Source of the DNA: Azolla caroliniana
Taxonomy: Eukaryota; Plantae; Polypodiophyta
Assembly: GCA_043228905.1 (NCBI GenBank)
Contig: JBHGNT010000001.1
Coordinates: 34,286,001 to 34,350,000 of the forward strand
Length of the DNA: 64,000 bases
Reading direction: 5' to 3'
In this document: piece after piece, positions 1 to 14,600 of the stretch
Position numbering within the stretch: the stretch's first letter is position 1
How the letters are laid out: each line of letters begins with the position of its first letter
Made by a program: the position numbers and the translations under genes
The notes under the pieces: model-generated
Database searches by the model: none
What the model saw: the letters and a program-made list of their open reading frames with translations, nothing else
What the model was told of the DNA's origin: nothing

Positions 1-88
1 TTGTGGATTCGTTAAGCAGGGTACTGTAGAATGGTCAGGACTCCTGTTGGTTCATTATTAACCCATGAATAGACCTCATATTTTGCAG

Positions 89-1260
89 AGCTCCACACGA
101 AGAGATCGACATGGAGACGCCACCGGCGGCTTCAGCATTGTCAGATTCAGATGAAGTGGGGTATTACGATGCGGTGGTGATGAGCCCGCACAAGATGATG
201 GGGGGGCCGGGGACGCCGGGTCTGTTGCTCATGCGCCGCGCCCTCTATGGCCTGCAACATACGCCGCCGTCTACGGCAGGCGGTGGGACGGTGTCGTACG
301 TCAACGGCTTCGACGAAGAGGTGTGTGAAGAAGATTCATATAATTTATGTTCGTGTAGCCGTCCATCCACCCATATGCATCGTGGGGGGGGGGGGGGGGG
401 GGTCCCACTTCTAGTGTATCAATAATGCCTCAAAAGTTAGAAAACACCCGATGGCTTTTCACTCACCACTCCTCGCTTATGATGTACTTTGGTCAGGACA
501 CGTTGTACCACGACGATATCGAAGCGCGGGAGGATGCCGGCACTCCACCGATTCTCGGGAAGATCCGTTGCGCCCTCACGTTTTGGGTCAAGGAATTCAT
601 TGGCATCGACACCATCCGGCAAATCGAATCATTCTACATCAACAAGGCCACACAGCATCTCTCCAACCATCCCAATATAAGAATATTAGGCAAATCCACA
701 ATGCCGCGAATGCACCCTCGGGCGTCTATCCTGTCATTTAATGTTGTCGATCCCAATTCTAAGCCTTTGCATGGTCGATTTGTGGTCCGTCTTCTCAATG
801 ATTTGTTTGGGATTCAATCTCGTGGGGGATGCGCTTGTGCCGGACCATATGGACATTACTTGTTGGGCATTGACAAAGAGACATCTTTAATGATACGGGA
901 TGGAATAAAAAAGGTGTGTGAGCTCTAGAATATCTCCTCCTTCAAGCAAATGTGCTTACAAGTTTATTAAATTTTTGGATGAATTGTTTCTAGGGATACG
1001 AAGGACTCAAACCTAGTTGGACGCGCGTCGGTTTTAGTTACAACATGTCTGAAAAGGAGGTGAATTATGTGATTTCATCAATTGAGTGGGTAGCCAATTA
1101 CGGCCATCGTCTGCTTTCAATATATAATATTGATTCGAAAACAGGAAATTGGACATATAATTGTCCTTCAGACCTTGAGTTTCTTATGTTGCACAATACT
1201 AATAGAAAGTTGAATGATAAAAATTTCTTACAAGCCCTTATACTTGCGAGAAAGACTTGA
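89..1260 (+). CDS. Class-V PLP aminotransferase / cysteine desulfurase-like protein, paralog A (5' exons outside the window; C-terminus possibly truncated)
   Basis: Exons 89-320, 497-913 and 994-1260 have GT-AG boundaries and join in frame. Motifs: SPHKMMGGPGTPG (PLP lysine), REDAGTP, LNDLFGIQSRGGCACAGPYGH (Cys loop), GYEGLKPSWTR. Intron positions match the paralog at 21773-25244. Confidence 0.88.
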
Positions 1261-4200
1261 GGAAACACATCATCAAACCACATCAATGCACATAGAATCA
1301 TTGACACATCAATGCACATCCAATGTCAATTTCTACACCATTATTAGCACCCATCTACTGGATCCCATCCTTGGACAAACAATCTCATGTTTTCAAGATC
1401 GTCATGGTTCGTAGTAATATGGTCTCCATTGTGTCACCCCTTTGCAATCACATACACTCAATATGTCACTCAATCAACAACAACCTAAACCAACCTCACC
1501 CACTCATCCATGGCCATGTACAACTCTAGATTTAATTTAACCTCATATCCATCGGTATGGTTGCACATCGTGTCCTTAATTTCTCGTCACATTTATAATA
1601 GAAGCCATTGTTTTGTCACTTCAACTACATTGACCAAGAAGACATCGGAGAAAAAACCTCCAAAAGTACCTTATATAATGTACACATGAGGTTCGGAGAA
1701 CAATATGATTAAGAAACCCAAAGAACGTGTCCAAAAAGTAATTCCATAAGTGGTAAGGAGTTGTATAATGGATAATGTATATGTGGGAGCTAGTTGTGAC
1801 AAGTCATTATCTCTTGAGGGCTAACTTTCTATTCACAGAAACACCAAAGTGTTTCCCACATGTCATGTTAAATCCCAAGTTACATGGTTTCGAAGTGACG
1901 TATGTATGAATTATTTGGTATTAAAGGTATAAGCCTTAGCTACTTGTTTTATTTGTCATGTTGCATTCTTGTTTTGTATATCTATGGTCACACTTCCCAT
2001 TCATACGTCTTTTTTCTAAAACTATGTTCGACTGCAAATGCCTTGAATTTTAAGTTGAAGTATAAAGTGTGCTCTTCCCTTTTACCTTTGTATACAAGAA
2101 GCATTCTTCCATCTAGAAAACAATAATAAACATGAGATTACACAAAAATGATGCGATCTTGCCAAAATATTTGTACATCACCACACTTGGATGTTATTGA
2201 TTCTACACTCTTTAAGAGTTTTTCATTGATTGAAAAACACCTTCCATTTAAGCAATCACCTTGTGTTTACTTAGTAAATAATACAAGATTTATACACAAT
2301 GAGTCTTGATTATATAAAGAGAGCTTCATGAACATATGACAGAAAGACGATATTAGTGCATAAACTAAACACTTAAATACAATATTACACTTATTCAAAT
2401 TATACAATGACATTGTATATTAATTTTTGCACAATATTCTACTATGGGATCCTTTAATTTTCCCTTTATGTTTTCGTTTATTCAAAATGTCTTTTCATTT
2501 TCGCAATTTTTTCCATAAAACAACTACGAAATCAAAACATCCTTAAATATCAATATGGCAAACTATGGACCCATAGAGAAATTGTTGTTATCCCTTTTTA
2601 TTATATGTAAGGACAATTCATCAAGACCATTTGTAGACGATTGATTGAGACACTAAAACTATTCTTTTACGCACATCCTAAGTAAGATTCTTTTAGACTT
2701 CTAGACAACTCATCTCTCCATTGTCTAGGGTGATTTGTCAAGGCATTCAGATGACTTATCGTTTCTTTAAGACAACTTATTTTCTAAACTAACTTATTTC
2801 TTCATCCAACACAATGACAAATCCCACTAGTCAGTTAGAGGCCCTAGAGCAATCTATAAAAAATAAGAAACTTTGTCAAATGCCTACCTCAATGATGACG
2901 AAAAAAGATATATAGACTAAGCATCATTAATTATTATGTTGGCGAAAGTGGGGTGGTCACATCCTTTAAAAATAATGCAAGAACATGGCAAAGACACAAA
3001 AACCCTCATGGATTCAAGCAAGCTTATTAGATTACAATTTAGAAAACGATTGGGAGTAGACCTCCAAACATGAGTATGTGGCCTCACGAGACAAACACAC
3101 AACGGATATAATATATTGAAGTTTGGCATAACTATTGGTTCTTCCAATGTTTCACTAAGTCACTTGGTTCAACCACTCCCAAGGTTGGCCGTGACACCGA
3201 TCACCAATAACACTAGACTCTTGTTAATGCAAACCCACATCGAAGTCCCGTATGATTTTTCAATATGAAAAATGCAATAGCCTAGGTATGTCAAAGTCAA
3301 CTCTGTTTTGAGATAAATCTCTCCATTAAACATATAATCTTTATGTAGTATAGACTTCCAACCATACAATGACTACATTTTAAGATTGCTTTATTCAATG
3401 ACATGTAAACAAATGACACATTTCATCAATGGATCAGAAACCTACTTGTCCAACAACTCTCTCAGTCTCTTTCAAGCCGTCCACAAAGTACATATTCTAT
3501 AAATTTGTCAAAAGTTTAGTGATATAATATCACCTTAATCTTATATTAGTTGTTGATGTGATTTTCATTCCTTCCTTTCAATTCTCAATCCAATCTTGAC
3601 TACATAATTGTGTCCAATTGTGTCCAATTGTGTGTTGTTGACTACCTAATGCATCTATCCAATCTTTAGCCACTAGGCCCCTCTTTGAACGACCCTAGAC
3701 AATATCGACACCAACATTTGGAAGTGCTTATATAAGGATTTTCCTTAATTACATGTAATCAATGTTGATGTAGACTTTATATTTTAACTAAATGTATTTG
3801 AAGAAACCTCGCTACACTAGTGTAGAACATTGTGGTTTTGAAAACATGTCTAGTATGGAATGACACTTTGCATTTCTCATGTAAAAGCATAATATGTTTT
3901 TTGGAGAAAAAAAAAGCATAATATGGGTAAAGAGGTTAGCCATAAAAGAATGATGTGAAAATTATGCCAGGATCCTTTTAAGGCAGAACAAAGTAAAAGA
4001 CAAAATTTTAGCCAAATGTGAAACGAAGAGAATAGCAACCACATCCCATTCTTCGACATTTCCTTCGTTTCAAGAATATGCCTTCTCATGCGGGTATCCC
4101 TTTATAAATTTCAAATAAGTACGAGATATTGGAATACACCTGATCATATACCATAATGTACAACTGAGCTCAATTTGGACAGAAGCCCCTATGGAAACGT

Positions 4201-4349
4201 AAATTTCAGTATATGAACGTATTTTTACCTAGTAAAAAAAAGAATTGTCCTCTCTGAATTTGGTATATTGATAGTAAGTGAGGATAATCATATATAGTTA
4301 TTACTGCTGCTACATAATCAATATAAACTAACAGCTCTTTAGACGAAAA

Positions 4350-7300
4350 TCACGCAGCAGCTTGCTCTTTATCCCCAGCTTCTTTAGGAGCCTCATCACC
4401 TTCACGTTGCTCATTTAATATGCTCGTCTCTGTACGTAATATTTTCCTTTCCTTCAAATCTCTTACAGTCCAGTATTCCCAAACCTTAGTCTTTGGAGGC
4501 TCCTTGATCTCCCCAATGGGTGCCACAAGACCTGGCTTACCATCATCAATAACACCATCCACAATCCCATAGTCTCTGGCTTCCCATGCATTCATGAAGT
4601 AATCCCGATCTGTGTCTAACTCGATCTGGGTAAAAAGTAAACATAACTTCATTATGAAAATGTTAAACAAAATCAAGAATGAAATACGCAACCTTTTACT
4701 TAAGTGAATTCCCCCTATCAAATCATCACTCATCCAAGTGATATAAATATCCTTATCTAAAGAAGAGATAGAACACAATCCACAATCTTACATCCCTTCT
4801 TTGGAGGAAGCAAAGAAGCATCCTTTATCTATAATGATATCCATACAGTTATATTCAATATAAGAGTTTGGTGGCCTTTGACCAAACCAAGTTTGGAAAC
4901 CTCTGATAAATATGACCAAATCATTACAATTTGTTTTTTCTTCCAATCTTTTTCACAAATGTATTTTCATATAGATATAGGAAAAACGTTCAGTGTTTCC
5001 ATTATTTTTGAAACAATTTCACATTTTCATTCCCTTTGGAGATGGCAACTATGGACTACATATAGGATAAGATGAGTCACATGAAAGTTGAAATGGAATG
5101 GTTCCAGTCCATGTTGACATCACTGCTACAGACTTTGTCAGTACTTAACAAATCGGAGGGATCCATGCTCTGGCAGAAGTATGAAATAAGTCTTCAGAAT
5201 CCCGTTCATCCTAAGGGTAGTGGAACACTATACTGACCTTTACTAACAATCGGCAACGGTTCGGTTCGGTTCGGTTTGAGAGGGTCCAAACTGAAACGGT
5301 TTGGAACCGCACCGTTTAAAATTTTTGAAACCTGAACCGAACCACGAAACCATTAAACGAACCGTGAAACATTTTTCAAACCGTAAAAACTGCGGTTTCG
5401 TGGTTCAGTTTCGGTTTTCAACATAGGTCAAATTTTTAATTGTTTAAAATTTATAAGATTTCATTTTCTAAAATTTTTACAATTTTTAAGATGTTCCTAA
5501 AATGTGAGAATAATGAAAAGATTGTTTTAAAACAATTTTTAGAATTTTTTTTTAAATTTTAAAAAATAAAAAACCTTTAAACCATTTAAACCGCGGTTTT
5601 TGACTGTTGAAACAGAACTGAACCGTTAATAAAAACCTGAACCTGAACCAAACCGTTAAGCCGTTAAACCACAGTTTCGCGGTTCAGTTCGGTTCAAACC
5701 GAACCATTGCCGATTGTTAACCTTTACTTCAGCTTGCACGTTAGATAAATATCAAGTGGTTGCCTCAAAGACCACAAGGATCCAAACAAAACTAGAACAA
5801 AACTCTCAGTCAAAACGTCACACAAAAGCCTAGGAGACCCAGCTTATATACCAACTCAAATCTCATTAGTCAAGATTTCGAATACAAAGTAACCTATGTG
5901 TGCACCAAAACCCGGCCCTTTGCTCCACGACCAATTATTCATCTCCTTGTTTGCTCTTCCTACTGCCTTTATGCTTTGTTTTCCAATCCTCGTAACTATA
6001 CCGATTCCTAGGGAGTAATGGCCTGAAGCTATTATCACTTGGAAGAGCATTTTTACTTTAGGTTAACAGAAGGTGGGGATACCTTCCAAGGTCTACTAAT
6101 CTTTAGAAGGGCATTCCGAATTTATTTATGCATACAGGGCTCCTGCCGGGATCACTTGGGTAAGTTCATGCCAATCACTGCCAACAGGAACTTGTTTAGC
6201 TTTTTAGTGTCTGAGAGGACAGAATTTTGAGCCACCATGAACATACTAAAAAGGTTTAATCTTTTACCAGGACTATATTTGTACATTTTGGAAACACGAG
6301 GACAGAGATTTTACTCTTCAAATAGTAAACTTTTCTACTAAATAGTAAATAGATAGATTAGCAGTTTGTTATAGAAGAATACCTGATCTTCATTTTTACC
6401 AGTCAATCGAGACATTATTTTCCTGAGCTTGACTTTATGATACATCATTTCTCTAACTTGTAAACCAACTTCTATTGCCTGAAATGAATGGTAATGGCTC
6501 TTAACAATACAGGTCGTTTGCTAACCAAGGTAAAATAGACGTGTGTAAATTATAACTTACTGAACCACTAGCACCGCCAAGGGGTTGATGAATCATGACA
6601 CGAGCATTCGGCATGCAATAACGCTTGCCCTTGGCACCTGAGGCCAAGAGGAATGCACCCATGGATGCAGCTAGGCCAAAGCAGACAGTTGAAACATCTG
6701 CTTTGCATAATTTTATGGCATCATATATTCCCATACCTTCAAAAACATCAGCAATTTCCACAGGATGTTGTTATTAGATAAAATATCTATAGCATAAATA
6801 GAGGCAGGGATTTGGTGCCAAACATTAGAAGCGTTCATAAAAAGTGACAAGTTTCATCAAGTGATATATGTACATATGATAAGCATCTATATGTTGTTAA
6901 TAAAATAGAATGGATCATAGACTCCCATATCTTCATAGGGTGTTGTTACCAGAGAGAATACAACATACCCTCTGTGTTTGTACATGTGCCATTTAGATGT
7001 TTGGAAATCAATGGCCTAAATACATACATATACACATATTTATGTGTCTGTGTCTGTGTGTATCATACACTTGCATCTGTTAGCCAATAAAAGAAAGCAG
7101 CCATATACAGACCAGCTGTGACGGAGCCTCCAGGAGAATTGATAAAAAGTTTGATATCCTTTGTTGGATCATCAGCATCAAGCAATAATAATTGGCTTAT
7201 AATCACATCAGCGCTAAAGTCATCCACCTGCAATGCATTATTCCTTTCAATCAAAACAACCTTTTGAGATGGCATGAAGCATGCCCATACTGTTGCCTAT

Positions 7301-8241
7301 AGACACATCAAAATTTAAATAGATAAAAGCTGCAATTTGACAATACATATACAACAGTTCTGTCACGCTTCATGATGTATCAATTGCTTCTTTTGATTTA
7401 TTTGAGCTATAATAGTTTAATACACAGCGCTATGCCATCATTCATGACTTTTTCACTAATTTGATTTGATATGTTTCTATGTATGAAAGCATTCCAAATC
7501 AATTAAAAAACAACTCAAAACCTCATGAAGCATTATCATAGCATGTGGAAGCATAACACCTCAAACAAAGCAAATATCTCATTCAACAAATTGAGCCACA
7601 TGACCATATGTTGTATACGGACGGATAAGGCACTAGCAATCAAAGAGAATATCGGAGACAGCACAAATCCTGGTCACATTTATTATATATGGTTATAAAA
7701 AATGATAAAAAAATGCATTTGAGATAACAAAAGACATGTCCACTCTGTTGGATACAGAAGCATAAAAACGCAGGTAAATAAATAAAAAACATTCAGGGCG
7801 TCACACCAAATAAACAAAAAACATTCAATACTAAGCAATGCAGGGAAAAGCATAACACCTCAAAATCCATAAAAATTTAAGTTGAGATGGCATCAGCTCA
7901 TGGTTATATTTTTGAATACATAATGGCGAGCCTGTGCAAAGAATACTTACCTGTGATCCAAGGAATATGATACGTTGCTTGAGAAGCATAGAGGAAGTGT
8001 CGAAATCCTGCAACTTTGAAATACCAGGAGGAGATGCAAAGGAAGACCTGCATCTCCATGGCTGTTCCGATTTCAAGCTAAGCCAAGAGAAATTCGAAGA
8101 AGAGCTTCGTTGCAGAGAATCCCGAAAAGAATTCCTTTGCAGAGAGGGCAGAAAAGAATAGGAGGAGGAGGAGGAGGAGGAGGAGGAGAACCGTAGGGAA
8201 CAGACAGACGCGGAGGAGGTTGCTGCCAAATCGAGCAACAT
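4350..8241 (-). CDS. CLPP3: ATP-dependent Clp protease proteolytic subunit 3, chloroplastic
   Basis: Exons 8241-7951, 7227-7113, 6736-6561, 6478-6383 and 4625-4350 are all GT-AG and in frame. Ser-rich transit peptide, then [37 protein letters not shown] (catalytic Ser), VMIHQPLGG (His), DTDRDYFM (Asp). The C-tail [19 protein letters not shown] is typical of plant ClpP3. Confidence 0.93.
5244..5719. mobile_element. Non-autonomous hAT-type MITE (476 bp) in ClpP3 intron 4
   Basis: Terminal inverted repeats TAACAATCGGCAA(C/T)GGTTCGGTT with 1 mismatch. Perfect 8-bp target-site duplication ACCTTTAC at 5236-5243 and 5720-5727. Many subterminal AACCG/CGGTT motifs and an AT-rich core. Confidence 0.9.
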
Positions 8242-11200
8242 CGCAGAGATTCGAGAAGTAGAAGAAGTGGATGGACTACAGAGCAAATAGAAGGTCGATC
8301 AAAAACATAACATTAATTCATTCATTCCACAGTCCACTTATTATTACATACACAAAGCATTGATAATTTAGTAGTAATAACAAATAATAAGGTTTCTTTG
8401 CCACACATCAAAGGCTTCATTCAAGGTTTTCGGTTTGGGGGGACAGAGTTTTTGGCTAGTGTTTCCGGCATCATCGCCAAACCCAACCCACTACTACATG
8501 AGAATCGATGGGATTTTTTGCACGATACGTGCCCGCAACTTCGGACTTGGCAATTATTAGCATATCGTTGATAAGATTCTTCGATAAGACATGTGGCATT
8601 AGCAACCTTTTTGACAGAACCTAATCACCAACATGGAACCTAATCATTCCACCAAGTAACGTTGTTTGTGACACATAATCGTGGGGTCCACATGGATCGG
8701 ACCTCATACCTCAACAAGTTGAATCGAAGGTGGGGGAGGAACAATGTGATTTAAAATATAAAGTTCAAGGCATAAGGCTCCAAATTTCACATATGGAACA
8801 TTGGGTGAAGATGATACATAAAGGGAATTTAAGATGAAATTGAACATCATTTATCTACCCAAACATCACGAATGAACCAAGGCATTGACAGTCTAACTTA
8901 TCTTACTATTAGTGGCCTTCCTATTATGACATAATAGCCATTCAAGATCTCTAATGCAAACCTTAGAATTTTCTAAACAAGAATCAAGGGCAATGGCACT
9001 ATGCAATTGACTTATGGTAGCTTGAGCACCATCTTTATTGTGAGAAAGCTCAGTTTGAAGCTCTTCGAGTTGAAGTAGACGAGATCCTCAACACAAGATT
9101 CTTCAAGACTTATAGATACCAAAGCATTGTCCAACAATAATTATCATGATCTTTGTTTGTAAAGAATGGTATGGGTGGAGGAATGTATTGAATCATTCTA
9201 AGAAAACTCTTGAAATTCCAATTAAGTTAACTCAATCACCCTCTTAGTACGTGATAAAACAATATAGAAATTATGTTGACATTTGATTTCTACACTTGAT
9301 TTGAAAACCAAAGCTTGAGGAGAGTGAGCAACTTGATAAAGTGCTTTCAAAATTTTGAGATTGGCATGGTGTGAATGCAATAGCTAACAATTTTCTTCTC
9401 ATTAGATTGTTGCAAGATCGACCAAGCACACACCCGATTGCTAGCAAGGCGGACAATGTTGTGCATTGATCACCATTGAGCGTTTCTGTAATTGCCTAGA
9501 TGTTCTCTCTCATATTAACCTTCTCTCAATCTCATAAATACTAAGGCAACAAAAGAAAATCCTATGAAATCACGACCATAGAATGTAACACACTCGAATG
9601 CATTTGCAAACATTCTTTTTCATACGTTTGCAAACGAATGCGTATGTTATGAAAACATACTTTGTTTTTTTTGGCGCTTTTTACCTTAACTTTCTTGCCT
9701 TAAAAATAAGTTTTACCTTATAATAAATAAGAAATACAAATGGTATTTACCATACTCGAATGCAAATGCACGTACGGTATGTTTAGTTCATACTATGATC
9801 TCGACAATAGAATTACAAACAAATCATTGCCTTATTCCTCAATCACAACGCTTAGAATATAGGTATAGGCAATTCAATAGGCTAGTGAGAATGATTAAGG
9901 GAAAGATAAAGTGCTTAGCTTAGTAGTGTTGGATATGAGCAAGGGGTGATCTGTAAGGTATTCTAGACTTGCAAGATTTCAGGTATGTTGAGGAATCCAA
10001 TGATGTTATTGGTAGCTAGTTAAAATAATGCAATCTTAGTGTTAAGCTTGATTGTTGCGATCGAAAATGAGGGGAGATTTTTGTTGAAATCTTGCGGAAT
10101 GATAGGGTAGTTAAACAATATAGACAAAGTTGTTTCATGTGCTATATGAACCTCTTCCCATTTCCACCATCATAAAAGTGGAAAATGATGGGAGGACTAC
10201 ATGAACATATGATGGGTTGTTAACAAAACTCACGTCTTTCTTTTGTTTGTAGCCTTCTTAAGTAGCCCCTTTCCAATGGTTTCCTTTGTTTGTAGCCTTC
10301 TTAAGTAGGCTCTTCATGCATGGTTTCCTTTATTGGTTAGCTTTGTTGTTTTGCTTGTAGGTTATGTTTGTTTGCTTTGTAAAAAAAATCACCATATGTA
10401 GGTTTTCATTGGTAAGAAGGGTCTTGTAATCATTAGTCTTCATAGGTATCCTTCGTCAAGTTGCCTTGTCTCTAGGATTCTTTTGTATACCTCATTAGTG
10501 GTTGGCCTCATCACTAGTTCAATAGTAGGTAGGTTTTCATAGGTAGGGAGGGTTTCTTAATCGTTAGGCTTTATAGGTATCCTTTATCTAGATACCTCAT
10601 CACTAGGATGATTTTATATGCCTCTCAGTGGTAGGCCTCATCATTAAATTGGTTGTGAATCCTTTTGCCCTATTTTCATACTCAACTAAGCCAATTCATG
10701 GGTATCACATCTTTGGCCACCTTGACCACCACCAAAGAATCTATTTATTAGGTCATTGGTCATTCATTGGGATCTTATAATATGATCACTTATTAAATTT
10801 ATCGAAAATGTAGGATAAAATATAAATCATTTTAGTATCAAACAAGTCATCCATAGGATCATTGAGAATGTAATGACCATTTCATAGTAGCAAAGAGTTT
10901 AAAGAGAATCGAAAGGATATTACAAGAGATTGAGTCATGTTCTTTCCTCTGTCGGCTAAATTTATATAAACAACATATAATTTACCTAGTGAAAAGGGGT
11001 TAATATTAATTTTCTTTTGTTGTTATGACTATGCCGGCACTCTCTCCAAAGTGATGTTGTACATCAATGCTATATTATAGGTGACTTATGAATGTGTTCA
11101 GCCATCCCCTATTGTCACGTAAGCCACGCTTCTGGCCTAGTCGACTAGTAATGACTCAGGAACAACTTCTTCCAAAGTGGGTTTCATAATTGACTCTTTC

Positions 11201-11680
11201 TCACTCTCTTAGGATTATATTTAACTGAAGAATGATCCCTATAGTTGGGAAGAGTAGACTATCTGTAACTAGTGCCATACATTAAAACCCATGATAACAA
11301 TTGGCATCACGATGAATGACTCTTACCATATAGAATGAACATACTGGATTAAATTACCAGTTTCTAAAAATTTCCCAAAAATGATGCAAAGACCCAATGA
11401 CATTCCCAACTACATTCATCCCTACTTAGTGAGCAATAGAGCATACCACACCCAAGGTGGGTGGTCCACAAGATCATATGTTTTTTCCTCCACATGAGTC
11501 TCTCGCGCCATAAACTACACAATATCTCCTGAAGCCAAGTTAGCTCCATTACAAACACTTACCAAGCCCATGTCATCAATTAGGGACAAGACGCTATATA
11601 GGCCATATACTTGGAGATCGTACTTCCTTTTGCTTGGCACAAACACTATGGGTCAATATCATCCCCTCAACTAGCTTCGG

Positions 11681-14600
11681 GTAGATGTGGTTAAAAGAAA
11701 CATTAAAAAAGAAATAAAAGATGAAAATATTGTTAATACCACCCTTGAAGAGGAGAAAATGTGTTAGGCCCGACGCCTAAATGTGCGTGTCACTAGGCTT
11801 AAGGAAGGTGCATCCCCGGACGAGGATGCACAAACACTCGGGAAAATGTTAGGGTACACAACGACCCTACCTATCACCAAAGCTTGGAGGGCCGGACGCG
11901 ACACAACTAGGAAGAGAGCCTTAGTTCTTCAATTTAAAGACTTAGACTCTAGAATCACTTTCTTTAAGAAGAGACCAATTCGTCGAGGATTGGGTGGGGA
12001 CCCTATCTATCTCGATGAAGACCTCACCAAGATGCAAATTGAGCATCGCAAGAGTTGTATGCCAAAGGTTATGCAAGCTCGTAAAGAAGGGCATCGCGAC
12101 TTTTATCGTGATGGGCAAGTGATCATAAATGATCTCACTACTAATTGACGGTGTGTGGCCCATGTGACAAAAAACACACTTAGGATGACCTTATGGAATT
12201 GTAACGGCGCACTCTGGACACACCCCGGCCGCCTAGAGGAGATATTAAAGGAATCAAATATAGTTTGCCTAGTAGAAACACACCAAAGCCCAAATAGGGG
12301 ACTCCCACGAGTCGAAGGATTTCGTTGGGAGTCGGCTTTTAGACAAACCTCACATCGATGCACTACCAGGGGATCTAGAGGTGTCGCAATATTGTTTCGG
12401 AGGGAGCTACATAATAGGATAGAAATACTGAGCATAGACCCAAAAGCTCGTTTTATGTGGGTGAAAGTCTCCACAAGCAAGGACAAGGCAGTATTTTTCT
12501 CCATTTGTTACTTCCCCCCGAAAGGCTCTCGTTATAATCTGGCTAGCGAGGTGGGATTAGTTGATGAAGGAGTGCCACATGGGCCTTCCCCATATGAACC
12601 TCTATCGGATGACATAATCTGATATTCTTCCCAAGGAGAAGTATTCCTTGTAGGAGACTTTAATGTGAGACCCAATCCCGACAATGCACAATATTTCAAA
12701 TGAATAGAAACCTAGAAATGGTAAATGTCGATCCTTTAGACATAGGCACCACACGTAGATCAAAGGGTCAAGGTGCGGACACCACGAGCTTTGGCCATCA
12801 TTTGCTCGAACTTGGCAGTCAGCACCAGATGGTCATACATAATGGTTTAGCCAAGTGGCCAGGTTCGGAAGAGCTCACATGTTTCCCACATGGAGGAGGG
12901 GAAATCACAGTTGATTATCTAATAGGACGCCCTGAAGCTACCCACATGATTAACTCCTTCCGAGTGGCCCCATATCCTATTGGCATGGACCATAGTTTCT
13001 TATACTTCGAGCTAAAATGTGATATCTCTAACGTCACCAACTCTAGTCAACCACGCCATGATATCACAATACATATCACACATGAGTTCTCTGACATATA
13101 TGCTCGACATGTTCAAGCCCATCTCTCCTCCCTTGATCCCTCCCTACCTTTAGAGAGCCTTATTACGAAACTCACACACATCCTTCACTCTGTAGCAGTT
13201 AGTAGTTTCCCATACACACAACACTCCAATCAAGGTAAAGTAGGATCTATGCCACAAAATAGATGGTATGATGAGGATTGTAGGTGCTTACATAGACAAC
13301 TTACAATATCGCAACTCAGTGGTAGTATTACCTCAGTACAAGCTCGTAAAGAAATGCGCAAGATGACACGTCGTAAGAGACAAGCATGGGAGGCATCCCA
13401 ATATTGGGAACTCTACCATATGCTCATGAGTAGCGATTGTGCCACAGCATGGAAGAGATTATGGGAACCAAGACCACAAACACCCATCGAAGATCCCGAA
13501 ACTTGGCACACTTATACAGAGAGACTTTACCAAATCCCAAACCAACCACCCATTCCAATGCCTTCTACACCCCGACCTACTGCGGGGACACTCTTCACGA
13601 CCTCTAGGGTCACGAAGGTCATAAAGAAATTACAACATAGGAAGTCCATGGACCACACAGGATTGCGAGCAAAACACATCATATATGCGAGAGAGTGCCT
13701 AGCTCCCTTGCTAACTCTAATCTTCAATTGCGCCGTCGCAGAGGGTTTTCCACCACAATGGACCATGAACACAGTGACCCCCATACATAAAGGGGGGGAC
13801 CCCATGGACCCAAATACTTATAGGACCATTATGATAGGTCATACCCTTGCTAAATTATATGGTGCAGTAATGGAGGCAGAGCTTAGCAATTATATGGAGA
13901 CCTTAAATCTTCGTGCACCTGAATAGGCTGGCTTTAGACGAGCCTTCTCCACTATTGATCATATCTTCACAGTTAGATGCTTAATTGACCAAACTAAGGC
14001 TCGCAAGAAGAAACTATATTGTTGTTTTGTGAACTTCCGCAAAGCCTTTGATATGGTCCCTACAGAGCGGTTGTTTGATAGGCTTAAGAGCTTGAGGATA
14101 CCAAATGACATGGTTTGGGCCATCTACACACTATATGAACAAGTGTCCGGGTGTGTTCGATGCCCAGGTGGCATATCTGATATTTTCACTAGCACTATTG
14201 GTGTAAAACAAGGTTGCCCCTTACCTCCGACTCTTTTTGGGATCTACATTGATGAGATCACAGATTTTATTGCTCGTAAGGGAGGCAATGGAGTAGTCCT
14301 TGGGGATCTTGCTCTATGCAGACGACATAGTTTTGCTCTCTGAATCCGAACACGACCTACAAATGCACCTTAATGCCTTAGATGACTTTTGCACACAACG
14401 AGGATTGGTAGTGAATCTAGGGAAAACTAAAGTCCTTATCTTCCACACGTCAGCCCAAGTTAGAGCTAAGTGTCACCTAACTATCTCCCATAGCCTAGTT
14501 GACGTGGTTGGATCATATGTCTATCTCGGAGTCACTTTCAGTGCCCGCTCAGGTAAATTTTCGATGACACAAGCAACGAAGGATAGACTTACAAGAGGAC

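Noticed and set aside
9575-9800. Possible degenerate MITE with CGAATGCA/TGCATTTGC motifs at both ends
   Set aside because: The terminal inverted match is weak and no TSD was found.
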